DNA of 53,366 nucleotides from Candidatus Dojkabacteria bacterium (GTDB lineage Bacteria > Patescibacteriota > Dojkabacteria > SC72), in the NCBI GenBank assembly GCA_041656215.1, contig JBBADY010000002.1:1-53366 (forward strand). The letters run 5' to 3'. Below the pieces are notes generated by a model. The model saw nothing but the letters and a program-made list of their open reading frames with translations, did not search any database and was not told the origin of the DNA. Shown piece after piece: positions 28,947 through 39,084 of the stretch. Within the stretch, counting starts at the first letter, position 1. Every line of letters starts with the position of its first letter. The position numbers and the translations under genes were made by a program.

Positions 28947-29701
28947 AAAAGATATCGGAAAGAGAAGAGAAATCTTTAATATCCGTAGATATAGAGACAG
29001 AGTTCTGTTCGTATATAGTTATTGGGGTAGGTCCAATTGTTTTTAAGTAACTATGTCAACAAACTCAGTGTTGCACATTTAAAACTGAATAGTATAGTAA
29101 TTTCAATGAAGCCAATTAAGAGCATACGGTGAATGCCTTGGCGCAAAAGACCGAAGAAGGACGTGGTAGGCTGCGATAAGCCTCGGGGAGCTGTCTAACA
29201 AGCTTTGATCCGGGGATTTCCGAATGGGGTAACCCATCTAGGCTTAAACCTAGATACCATACAGTGAATTCATAGCTGTATTGGAGGAGATGCAGGGAAG
29301 TGAAACCTCTCAGTACCTGCGAGAAAAGAGAACAATAGTTTATTTCCTGAGTAGTGGCGAGCGAAAAGGAAAGAGCCCAAACCTATGTTGTGTAAGGAGG
29401 ATCCAAATCATGAGTCGCGTAGCGACAATTGAAGAGGTGAATTCGTAGTCTGCCGATCGTGCAGCATAGGCGTAGTAAGAGTTAGTTGATTAGACGGCAG
29501 TCTAGTCGAGAAGTTACAAAATTCAACTTTATTAGAACATATCTGGAAAGGTAGACCATAGAGAGTGAAAGTCTCGTATTTTAAAAGGTTGAAACTTCTT
29601 TCTAATTTCTTGAGTACCACGGGACACGTGAAATCTTGTGGGAATCAGCCAAGACCACTTGGCAAGGCTAAATATCTTTTGCGACCGATAGTGGATTAGT
29701 T

Positions 29702-29747
<46 letters not shown>

Positions 29748-31256
29748 AACTGAAACCGTGTGCTTACAAACAGTCGGAGCCGGTATATCCGGTGACGGCG
29801 TGCCTATTGAAGAATGACCCGGTGAGTTAGTTGTGTGCGGCAAGGTTAACCATGTTTATTGGGGAGCCGAAGCGAAAGCGAGTCCTAATAGGGCGAATTT
29901 AGTCGCATGCACTAGACCCGAAACCAGGTGATCTAACCATGAGCAGGGTGAAGGAATGAGAAATCATTTTGAAGGCCCGAACTCTTTAATGTTACAAAAT
30001 TATGAGATGACTTGTGGTTAGCGGTAACATGCCAAACGAACCTGGTAATAGCTGGTTCTCCCCGAAATAGCTTTAGGGCTAGCGTTGTAATTTAATCATT
30101 GGGGGTAGAGCACTGATTGGGTTTGGGGCTCGAAAGAGTACCCAATCCACTCAAACTCCGAATACCAGTGTGAATATTACAGCAGTCAGAACTAGGGAGC
30201 TAAGTTCCTACGTTCAAGAGGGAAACAGCCCAGATTGTCAGATAAGGACCCTAAATTACATCTTAGTGGGAAAGGAAGTGGAGTTTCTCAGACAGCTAGG
30301 AGGTTGGCTCAGAGGCAGCCATCCTTTAAAAAGTGCGTAAAAGCTTACTAGTCAAGAGATTCTGCACCGAAGATTCAACGGGGCTGAAGATGTATTCCGA
30401 AGCTGCAAATTTATCTATCACTTGTGATTTGATGAGTGGTAGGGGAGCGTTCTATACATGATCTACTTAGCAGTAGATACATCGCGGTGAAGGTGACCTG
30501 TAAAGAGTTGCTGGAGCGTATAGAAGTGAGAATGCCGGGATGAGTAACGTAAAGCAGGTGAAAACCCTGCTCGCCGAATGTCTAAGGTTTCCATGGCTAT
30601 GGCAGTCATCCATGGGTTAGTCGGTCCTAAGATCAGGCCGAAAGGCGTAATCGATGGACAACAGGTTAATATTCCTGTACTACTAATATCTGCAACGGAG
30701 ATTGGGAATTGAGAAAGCAAGCCCCTCATTGGTTTGGGGTGTAAGTAACAAGTTAGTTTCTTCAGGTAAATCCGGAGAAATGTTTCTACTTCGGTAGATG
30801 CAAACGAGTTACGATGCAAAGGTGACCTTCGGGAAGCCGATTTGTTGTATTAATTCTCCAGGAAAAACTTCTAGCGTGTCTACCTTCGGGTGGACTAAAT
30901 GATATTTGTAACCGTACCGCAAACCGACACTGGTGGACTGGTATAAAAGTACCAAGGCGTACGAGTGATGCGTTGTTAAGGAACTCGGCAAATTAACCCC
31001 GTACGTTCGCAAGAAGGGGGGCCTTCCATTATAGATATTTATATTTGTGGTGATGAAGGCGGCACAGAATAGGGAGGAGCGACTAGTTACCAAAACTACA
31101 GGCGCTTGCAAATTCGTAAGAAGATGTATAAGTGCTGACACCTGCCCAATGCCAGAAGGTTAAGGAAGTTTGTCAATCGTCTGTCAGATGCACTTCGGTG
31201 CTCTGATGGTGAGGAAGCGGACGACTGAAGCCCTGGTCAATGGCGGCTGTAACTAT

Positions 31257-31990
31257 GAACCAATATCGGAGTTTTCCGGTATCTTGTAGTTGTAAAATTT
31301 GGCTATATGCTGGAATATCTGAGTATTTTTAATTACTCGTTAAAGATTATTTAATCTTTTTCAGTGAAAATATTAAAATGCAGACAATCAGCAGGAAAGA
31401 TCCAAAACCTATATCTTTAGATGATGCTTCATACATAGTTGGATTTGTAGATGGAGAAGGTAGCTTTAACATCTCGTTTAAAATTCGCAAAGATTACACT
31501 AATAGAATACAAGTATATCCAAGCTTTAATATATCTCAAAAGGAGAAAAATATTCTAGTCTGGATTCAGAGTCAGCTAAGATGCGGTACTATCCGTAATC
31601 GAGGAGATGATGTTTATTACTATGAAGTGCATAATCTGAGCAATTTGAAAAATGAGATTATACCTTTCTTTAAGAAATACAAATTAAAAACTAAGAAAAA
31701 AGAAGCGTTTGAGATATTTTCTAAAACTATTGAAAGACTCTCTTCTAAGAAACTTGAATGGGAAGATATTAAAGATATCTTTAATTTAAGAGAAGAAATA
31801 GTAGTAGGTAGAAAGAGGAAATACTCTTTAGAAGATTTAGAGAAATTTTGGAAATCCTCAGAGACTACACGCCAGACCCCTCTATTAAAAGAATAGGGTG
31901 GGATGATATAGTCCGATCTGTATGGCGACATACAGAGATATATAGAAATATGTATCCAAAATCTATGCAAATAGATTAGTAACATAAATG
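31257..31990 (+). mobile_element. intron (group I-like) in 23S helix 69, after the E. coli U1917 equivalent
   Basis: Removing 31257-31990 restores ggctGTAACTAT|AACGGTCCTAAGGTAGCG. The 5' exon ends in U and the intron ends in G. Internal GTAGTT (31286-31291) can pair with exon AACTAT, giving the U:G wobble expected at the splice site. Confidence 0.75.
31378..31896 (+). CDS. single-motif LAGLIDADG homing endonuclease (intron-encoded)
   Basis: 172 aa with the motif YIVGFVDGEGSFNI. Size and layout resemble I-CreI-type homodimeric enzymes. Confidence 0.9.
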   Translation: MQTISRKDPKPISLDDASYIVGFVDGEGSFNISFKIRKDYTNRIQVYPSFNISQKEKNILVWIQSQLRCGTIRNRGDDVYYYEVHNLSNLKNEIIPFFKKYKLKTKKKEAFEIFSKTIERLSSKKLEWEDIKDIFNLREEIVVGRKRKYSLEDLEKFWKSSETTRQTPLLKE

Positions 31991-32122
31991 AACGGTCCTA
32001 AGGTAGCGTAATACCTTGTCACTTAATTAGTGACTTGCATGAAAGGTGTAACGACTCCTCCACTGTCTCGACAACGCGCTCGGTGAAATTGAAATGGCTG
32101 TGAAGATGCGGCCTACCCATAC

Positions 32123-32153
<31 letters not shown>

Positions 32154-32562
32154 CAGCTTTGCATTGAAATATGGCTTTGGATATAGAGAATAGGTGGGAG
32201 ACTTTGAAGCCGTCTCGTCAGGGATGGTGGAGTCACAATATGGAATACCACTTTTTCAACGTTTTATTTCTAACCCCTTCCGTTATCCGGAAGATGGACA
32301 GTGCATGGTGGGCAGTTTGACTGGGGCGGTTGCTTGCTAAAAAGTACCGCAAGCGCACAAAGGTCTCCTCAACCCGGATGGAAATCGGGTGAAGAGTGCA
32401 TGAGCATAAGGAGGCTTTACTGTGAGGGAGACATCCCGATCAGTTACGAAAGTAGGTTCAAGTGACCCTTTCGCAGAATGTGGAATCGCGATTGTTTAAC
32501 GGAGATAAGCTACCCCGGGGATAACAGGCTGGTGGTGCCCGATAGTTCATATTGACGGCACC

Positions 32563-32605
<43 letters not shown>

Positions 32606-33109
32606 AAGGCCCCAAGGGTTCGACTGTTCGTCGATTAAAGTGGCACGTGAGCTGGGTTCAGACCGTCGTGAGCCAGGTCGGTCTCTATCCGGTATGGGCG
32701 TTGTATATTTGAGGGATTTGACCCTTAGTACGAAAGGATCAGGGTGCGGTAACCTCTAGTGTACCAGTTGTACTACCAAGTGCATGGCTGGGTAGCTAAG
32801 TTATTTTAGGATAAGTACTGAAAGCATATAAGTACGAAACCTTTCCCAAGATTAGATATACTTGCATAGCTTGGCTATGCGGAAGGTCCGTGGGAGACTA
32901 CCACGTTGATAGGCTCTAGGTGTAAGCATAGTAATATGTTTAGCCGAGGAGTACTAATAGACCAAAAGCTTCATATATTTTTACTATAACTATTCAGTTT
33001 TGAGTGTACAAACACTCTCTAGCTCTTTAGAATTTAAAGTCCTGAAGATTACTACTAGTAATAGTGGTATTCGTCAGGCGACAGATATTTAAATGTTAGA
33101 TTTTTGTCG

Positions 33110-33225
33110 CCTGGCGATTGTAGCGGAGCGGAACTACCTGATCTCCATCCCGAACTCAGAAGTAAAACGTTCCAGCGCCGAAAATACTCGGACCTTTGGT
33201 CCCGGGAAAATAGGTCATTGCCAGG
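33110..33225 (+). rRNA. rrf: 5S rRNA
   Basis: Terminal helix pairs cctggcgat with attgccagg. Internal ccgaactcagaagtgaaa-like block (cccgaactcagaagtaaaacg). Confidence 0.9.
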
Positions 33226-33242
33226 ATTTTAGAATTCGATAA

Positions 33243-33271
33243 CCCCACTTGAAAGAGTGGGGTTCTTACTT
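33243..33271 (+). terminator. Rho-independent terminator of the rRNA operon
   Basis: CCCCACT-tgaaag-AGTGGGG followed by ttcttactt. Confidence 0.75.
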
Positions 33272-33609
33272 ATATAGGCCTTCTAGGAGAAACATCTCAA
33301 ATTTACGATGTAACGTTTCTATCCTCTTAGTACCTCCACTTTTTAACATCCCCTCATACTCGTAACATTTAAGAATCTCGAGTTCTTTCTCAGATGGCTA
33401 AACAGTGAACATGATTTAGTCTTCTCATTTGGAAAGGGTCCTCATACTAAAGGATACCCTTTAAGTAAGGGCAATACTCCTAGTGGGAAATATTTACTCA
33501 CCATATCAAACTAACTTGTTAAAACAGAAACAGTTTTGAATTAAAACGACATATGATATATTAAAGCACCCCTCTCAGCTATAGGTTACCTAAATTTATA
33601 TCTAAAACC

Positions 33610-34608
33610 ATGTCAGAATATCTCTCAGTAGATTTTGAAGGTGGAGATCAAGTTGGAAAAGGAGATGCTGTTAGGAATCTCTCTTTGGAACTTGCCAATG
33701 AAGGTTTGGATGTAACAGTTGTTTCTTTTCCTTGCTACGCAACAGCTGTAGGATTTGCTGTTAGAAAAGTCCTTAAAGAGGATCTTCTAAGTAGATACGA
33801 TATGGACTTAAAAGAGACTACTACTGCTAAAATGGCTCTTTTTTCTCTAAATAGGCTTGAGGTATTAAACTCAATCCTTTCTAGTGAAAAGAGTGACATA
33901 TATCTGTTTGATAGAGGACCTTTTAGTAATGCACTTACAATAGCTTACGCAATATCTACCGGTCTTTCTCCACAGTATCAAGAGGGGCTTGCTTTAAAAG
34001 CTCTCTCTTTAGATTCCTACTTTAGAGGGTCTTTAGGTATAGATAGGTGTGTGATAAGGTTGTGTAATAGGGATTCCTCTTGGTCTAAAGAGAGAGAAGA
34101 GGATGCAGATTTGCATGAATCTAGGGATGTTCAAGAGAGAAGTGATTCAATATATTCAATATTTTCAAACATGCTAGGTGATAGTTGGATAGATATCCCA
34201 AGTAAAAATAGGGATGGTTGGAGGGATAGGGGTGAGATTACTAAAGAGTGTTTGGAATTTGTAAAGAAAAAGTACAATATATCCTCTGTAGAGACTTCTA
34301 AGAGGCCAAATTACTTTTCAGTTGTTCAGACATTACAAAATCTGTACAGAGGCTCTACAGTGGATTCTAGGGCCTTGGATTTGTTCATGAGTAGTGTAGG
34401 TAGTAACAACAAACAGTTGATGTATGAAATCTCAGAAATAATATCTAAGCAAGCAGTAAACTCTGTTAAAGATATAGCGTGGTACAATGAAGAGATAGAG
34501 GGAGTAGTAAAAGATATGTTAGATGATATCCCAGAGTTACTTTTCCTTCTAGAAGATCTATATGGAGAGGATTTTGTAATTAAATTTCTTAAATCTGTAA
34601 ATAGATGA
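33610..34608 (+). CDS. thymidylate-kinase-like (dNMP kinase fold) protein with an atypical P-loop and a C-terminal extension of about 130 aa
   Basis: FEGGDQVGKGD versus the canonical FEGxDGxGKST. FDRGPFSNALTIAYA versus the DRYxxSxxAYQ motif. The TGA stop overlaps the nth ATG (ATGA). Confidence 0.5.
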   Translation: MSEYLSVDFEGGDQVGKGDAVRNLSLELANEGLDVTVVSFPCYATAVGFAVRKVLKEDLLSRYDMDLKETTTAKMALFSLNRLEVLNSILSSEKSDIYLFDRGPFSNALTIAYAISTGLSPQYQEGLALKALSLDSYFRGSLGIDRCVIRLCNRDSSWSKEREEDADLHESRDVQERSDSIYSIFSNMLGDSWIDIPSKNRDGWRDRGEITKECLEFVKKKYNISSVETSKRPNYFSVVQTLQNLYRGSTVDSRALDLFMSSVGSNNKQLMYEISEIISKQAVNSVKDIAWYNEEIEGVVKDMLDDIPELLFLLEDLYGEDFVIKFLKSVNR

Positions 34609-35231
34609 GGAAGAAAGATTTAGCTAATAGACTACTTCTTGAAGTCCAAAAAATATTCCCATTAGCTCAAACAGAGCTTTCTAATTGGTCTACACCTTTT
34701 CAATTTCTTGTATGTATAGTACTTTCTGCACAGACTACTGATATACAGGTAAACAAGGTAACGAAGAAACTCTTCTCCAAATATCCAGATGCACATGCCC
34801 TCTCTTTAGCTAACCCAGAGGAATTACAACATACCCTAGGGGGTATTAACTACTACAAAACAAAATCTAAGCATATATTAGAAATGTCTAAGATATTACA
34901 TAGGGAGTACAAAGGACAGCCTCCTGTACTGCTCTCTAAGCTCTTAAAATTACCAGGTGTAGGTTACAAGAGTGCAAATGTATTCCTTAATGATCTGTAC
35001 AAATCAAATCAAGGCATTGCAGTAGATACCCATGTCTTAAGAGTGGCAAGAGCATACGGATTAACTAAACATACAGACCCTACAAAGATATCACATGATT
35101 TAGAGAAACTCTTTAAGAGAGAGGATTGGTACAAAGTTAATTCTACTTTTGTCCTCTACGGTAGATACATTCTTAAAGCAAAGAAACCAGATATGGAAAG
35201 GGTTGTTTTAAAGGAGTATTTGGTGATATAA
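34605..35231 (+). CDS. nth: endonuclease III-like HhH-GPD DNA glycosylase lacking the C-terminal Fe-S cysteine cluster
   Basis: HhH motif LLKLPGVGYKSANVFL (catalytic Lys) and AVDTHVLRV (Asp). The whole protein has only one Cys. Confidence 0.8.
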   Translation: MRKKDLANRLLLEVQKIFPLAQTELSNWSTPFQFLVCIVLSAQTTDIQVNKVTKKLFSKYPDAHALSLANPEELQHTLGGINYYKTKSKHILEMSKILHREYKGQPPVLLSKLLKLPGVGYKSANVFLNDLYKSNQGIAVDTHVLRVARAYGLTKHTDPTKISHDLEKLFKREDWYKVNSTFVLYGRYILKAKKPDMERVVLKEYLVI

Positions 35232-35305
35232 TTGCGTCGCAGAGTAAATATTTTAGTTGTATGTATGTAATTCTGCTAATTCATACATCGCCATAAGGAA
35301 TATAT

Positions 35306-36538
35306 ATGGTTAATACAAAAACAAAGAGTACAGATGCTAAAGACACATCTTTGTATTCACAGCTAGATCAATTTCTAGCAGACAGTTCCCAAAAGATTAA
35401 ACAGCTCACAAAAGGAGAAATCGTAGAAGGAGAAATCGTTGACATCAATAACGGTGTAATAATCGTTGATGTAGGTTTCAAATCAGAGGGAGTAATTGCA
35501 GGTAAAGAGCTTAAGAGTGATACCCTTGATTGGACAACATTAGAGGTAGGAGACAAAATCCTTGTATATGTTGTTAAACCTGAAGATGATAAAGGACAGT
35601 TAGTACTCTCCATTAGAAGAACACAGCAGGCTAGTGCATGGTTAGCATTAGAGAATGCAAGAAAGAATAACGAAGTAGTAGAAGCTGTAGTTGTAGAATC
35701 CAATAACGGAGGATTAATAGTAGAGATTGGTAAAGGTATTAGAGGATTCATCCCAACATCTCAACTTGATGCTACTAGGGTATATGCTAACGGTGTAAGA
35801 CAGGTTGGTAAAGATATCTCCTCTAGAGTTCAAAAGAGACTTAACTCATTAATAGGAGAGGGTATTAAAACAAGAATCATTGAATTAGATAGAGAGAAGA
35901 ACAGAATAATACTCTCTGAGAAGATGGTAACCCAAGCAAGAGATTTAGAGAAGAGAGCAAAGACACTAAAGAAAGTAAAAGAAAGTGATGTATTAGAGGG
36001 TACAGTAAGTGGTATTACACCATTTGGTATCTTTGTTAATGCTCAAGGTCTTGAAGGACTTGTTCATCTCTCTGAGCTTTCATGGGACAAAGTTGAAGAC
36101 ATTGGTGCAATATACTCTGTAGGACAGAAAGTAAATGTCATGGTTATCGGCCTAACAGATGGTGGTAAGAGAGTAGCTTACAGTGTAAAGAGATTGCAAC
36201 AAGATCCATGGTCACAAGCAATATCTCAATTTAAGGTAGGAGATATTGTAGATGGAGAGGTTCAAAAGGTAGTTCCTTACGGTGCATTTGTAAGAATAGG
36301 GGAAGGATTAAATGGCTTAATACATATCTCAGAACTTTCAGATAAGCTTGTTAAGAATCCAGAAGATATTGTTAAGATAGGGCAACCAGTAAAGGTAAAA
36401 ATACTTTCCATTTCTTCTACAGAAAGACATTTAGGTTTAAGTTTAAAAGCTACAGATAGTACTGCTAAGACAGTAGAGCTAAATGAGGAAGAGCTCTCAG
36501 AGGCAGTAGATGCAGCAATAGATGCAGAGATAAAATAG
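35306..36538 (+). CDS. rpsA: 30S ribosomal protein S1 (four S1 domains)
   Basis: Repeated S1 OB-fold motifs (G.V..I...G..V....GL.G.IH.SEL). One of the few genes here with an SD-like AAGGA (35295-35299). Confidence 0.88.
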   Translation: MVNTKTKSTDAKDTSLYSQLDQFLADSSQKIKQLTKGEIVEGEIVDINNGVIIVDVGFKSEGVIAGKELKSDTLDWTTLEVGDKILVYVVKPEDDKGQLVLSIRRTQQASAWLALENARKNNEVVEAVVVESNNGGLIVEIGKGIRGFIPTSQLDATRVYANGVRQVGKDISSRVQKRLNSLIGEGIKTRIIELDREKNRIILSEKMVTQARDLEKRAKTLKKVKESDVLEGTVSGITPFGIFVNAQGLEGLVHLSELSWDKVEDIGAIYSVGQKVNVMVIGLTDGGKRVAYSVKRLQQDPWSQAISQFKVGDIVDGEVQKVVPYGAFVRIGEGLNGLIHISELSDKLVKNPEDIVKIGQPVKVKILSISSTERHLGLSLKATDSTAKTVELNEEELSEAVDAAIDAEIK

Positions 36539-36552
36539 ATATATATTTTACA

Positions 36553-36579
36553 AAGGGGGCTTAAAGGCCCCCTTTTTTT
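36553..36579 (+). terminator. Rho-independent terminator after rpsA
   Basis: GGGGGC-ttaaag-GCCCCC followed by T7. Confidence 0.85.
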
Positions 36580-36587
36580 GGTATAAT
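36579..36587 (+). promoter_or_regulatory. extended -10 TGgTATAAT, 5 nt upstream of ATG 36593
   Basis: tTGGTATAAT-caagt-ATG. Confidence 0.55.
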
Positions 36588-36592
36588 CAAGT

Positions 36593-39061
36593 ATGAAAAG
36601 AATAGCAAGGAGACATATATTCTCAAGACTAAGTAAAAATGCAAAAATCTCAATTAGGAATGCCTCTATAATAGCAGAGCATCTTAAGAGTAAAGCAGTA
36701 GAACCAGAGCATCTTCTGGTAGGTATCTTTTTCAATGATAAAGCTTTGGCTACTAAAGCAGTACTAGCGATGGGTTTTAATACAAAAGATACACTTAGTA
36801 AAGTATTAGGAGTAGCTAAGATAGATTTAATCTCTAACGTTAATTCACCCAGAGAGATTAAGTTCTCTAAAAGCTCTCAGGTTGTATTAAGAAAAGCATT
36901 CGATTGGTCTCAAAGATACTCTCATGTATATGTAGGAACAGAACATCTAATGCTTGCCATACTCGAATCTTCAGATATCTTTATAAAAGATCTCTCTAAG
37001 TACGGATTAGATATTAAAAAGTTCCAAAAACAACTCTCAGAGTATGCAACATACCCATTAGGTGTCCTCTCAAAACCAGAATATACACCATTAGATTCTA
37101 GAGATGAGGGTCTGTTAGAGATAATTGGGAGAAACTTAGTAGACCTAGCAAGAGAGGGGAAGTTAGATCCATTGGTAGGTAGAGAGAATGAACTAAACGA
37201 TATTGTAAAAATACTTAGTAGAAGAAGAAAGAACAATCCAATTGTAGTAGGTGATGCAGGTGTAGGAAAGACAGTGCTTGTAGAAGGGTTAGCCCAGAAG
37301 ATAGCGGATGGTAAAGTACCTCCAGCTCTTAGAGATATGAAAATAGTGTCCTTAGATGTAGCAAGTATAATGGCAGGAAGTAAGATGAGAGGAGATGTAG
37401 AGGAGAAGGTCTTAGGTATAGTAAATGAGGTAGTAGAATCAAACAATACAATACTCTTCATAGATGAAATTCACACCATTCTAACCTCAGGTATATCTGG
37501 TGGCTCTCCTGAGATTGTATCAATACTTAAGCCTGCACTTCTAAGAGATGATTTTAGATGTATAGGGGCAACTACTACAGATGAATACTCTGCATATTTT
37601 GAAAGTGATAACGCACTTGCAAGAAGATTCCAACCAATATTTCTCACAGAGCCCTCTATAAGTGAAACTGTACAGATATTAAAAAATCTTAAACCAATAT
37701 TAGAAGCCCATCACAGTATAAATATCAGTGATGAAGCATTACTTCTTTCTGCAACCCTCTCAGATAGGTATATAAGTGATAGATATCTACCAGATAAGGC
37801 AATAGATTTACTAGATGAAGCAAGTGCAACAAAACGTCTTAGTATAGAAGGAGAATATGAAGTGCTCTCCTCTATGATTTCCAAACTAAGAGGTGTTCAG
37901 AATGCAAAAGAGGAATATATTCTTAAAGGAAGAATGGAATCTGCAGTAAACCTAAGGAAAGAAGAAGCATCCCTTAGAAGAAAAATATCAGGATTAGAAG
38001 AAGAGAGAGAACAAAGAAAGAGAAGAAAGAGTAGTGTGGTAAACAGTGATGATATTAGAAAAGTAGTATCAAATTGGACAGGGATACCGCTTAACACATT
38101 AGGTGTTAAAGAGAAAAGCTCTTTACTAAAGCTAGAAGAGAAGTTAAATGCATCTGTAATAGGGCAGAAAGAAGCAGTAAAGGGTGTAGTATCTGCAATT
38201 AAAAGAGCTAGAACAGGAATATCTGATGTAAATAGGCCTTGGGCATCATTCCTTTTTCTTGGTCCAACAGGTGTAGGTAAAACAGAGTTAGCTAAGGTAT
38301 TAGCTAGAAAACTCTTCGGTACAGATGATAAGTTGGTACAGATAGATATGAGTGAAATGATGGAAATGCATAGCGTTTCTAAATTAATAGGCTCCCCACC
38401 AGGCTATGTAGGATATCAAGAGGGAGGATGGTTAACAGAGAAAGTAAGAAGAAATCCTCACAGTGTAATACTTTTCGATGAAATAGAGAAAGCACACCCA
38501 GATGTCTTAAACATATTACTTCAGATATTAGAGTACGGTCATTTAACAGATGGAAGAGGCAGGAGAGTAAACTTTAAAAATACCATAGTCATACTTACTT
38601 CAAATATCGGTGCAGAAGAGATAGGGAGAGATAGGGTATTGGGCTTCTCTAAGGAGGAGAAAACCGTTAGAAGTAAGACTAATGCAGAGCAGGCATATAG
38701 CGCTATGAAATCAGAGTTAATGGGAGAGTTAAGAAAGACATTAAGACCTGAATTACTTAACAGATTAGATGATACCGTAATCTTTAGAGCATTAAATACA
38801 AGAGATGTAAGAAAGATTTTAGATATACTGCTTACAGAATTAAATGAAAGATTACAAGAGCATGACATTACAGTATCTTTAACCAAACCATTAATATCAT
38901 ATATTGTAAAAGAGGGATTTAGTGATGAGTACGGTGCGAGACCACTTCGAAGAGTACTCCAAGATACAGTAGAAAGCCAAGTAGCAGATTACATACTTAA
39001 GAATGGAAAGTCTGGAGAGATTGTTTTAGATCTTAAAAAGGGTAAGGTAGTTATAAAATAA
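36593..39061 (+). CDS. clpC: Clp/Hsp100 AAA+ chaperone, ClpC-like (short M-domain)
   Basis: Clp N-domain repeats (EHLLVGIF, TEHLMLAIL). Walker A motifs are GDAGVGKT and GPTGVGKT. An LGF loop is present (RVLGFSKEE). Confidence 0.88.
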   Translation: MKRIARRHIFSRLSKNAKISIRNASIIAEHLKSKAVEPEHLLVGIFFNDKALATKAVLAMGFNTKDTLSKVLGVAKIDLISNVNSPREIKFSKSSQVVLRKAFDWSQRYSHVYVGTEHLMLAILESSDIFIKDLSKYGLDIKKFQKQLSEYATYPLGVLSKPEYTPLDSRDEGLLEIIGRNLVDLAREGKLDPLVGRENELNDIVKILSRRRKNNPIVVGDAGVGKTVLVEGLAQKIADGKVPPALRDMKIVSLDVASIMAGSKMRGDVEEKVLGIVNEVVESNNTILFIDEIHTILTSGISGGSPEIVSILKPALLRDDFRCIGATTTDEYSAYFESDNALARRFQPIFLTEPSISETVQILKNLKPILEAHHSINISDEALLLSATLSDRYISDRYLPDKAIDLLDEASATKRLSIEGEYEVLSSMISKLRGVQNAKEEYILKGRMESAVNLRKEEASLRRKISGLEEEREQRKRRKSSVVNSDDIRKVVSNWTGIPLNTLGVKEKSSLLKLEEKLNASVIGQKEAVKGVVSAIKRARTGISDVNRPWASFLFLGPTGVGKTELAKVLARKLFGTDDKLVQIDMSEMMEMHSVSKLIGSPPGYVGYQEGGWLTEKVRRNPHSVILFDEIEKAHPDVLNILLQILEYGHLTDGRGRRVNFKNTIVILTSNIGAEEIGRDRVLGFSKEEKTVRSKTNAEQAYSAMKSELMGELRKTLRPELLNRLDDTVIFRALNTRDVRKILDILLTELNERLQEHDITVSLTKPLISYIVKEGFSDEYGARPLRRVLQDTVESQVADYILKNGKSGEIVLDLKKGKVVIK

Positions 39062-39084
39062 CTAATTTAGTATATCACTGAAAT

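Noticed and set aside
33272-33609. A 340-nt non-coding gap after the 5S terminator, considered as a possible degraded gene or RNA.
   Set aside because: It has no ORF above 60 aa and no promoter-terminator pair. Only short local repeats (cctcatact twice) and weak hairpins are present, which is too little evidence to call a feature.
34601-34610. Alternative genetic code, with UGA recoded as in some CPR-related lineages.
   Set aside because: TGA terminates the 33610-34608 frame exactly where the next gene starts (ATGA overlap), and all family-recognisable genes are full length under code 11.
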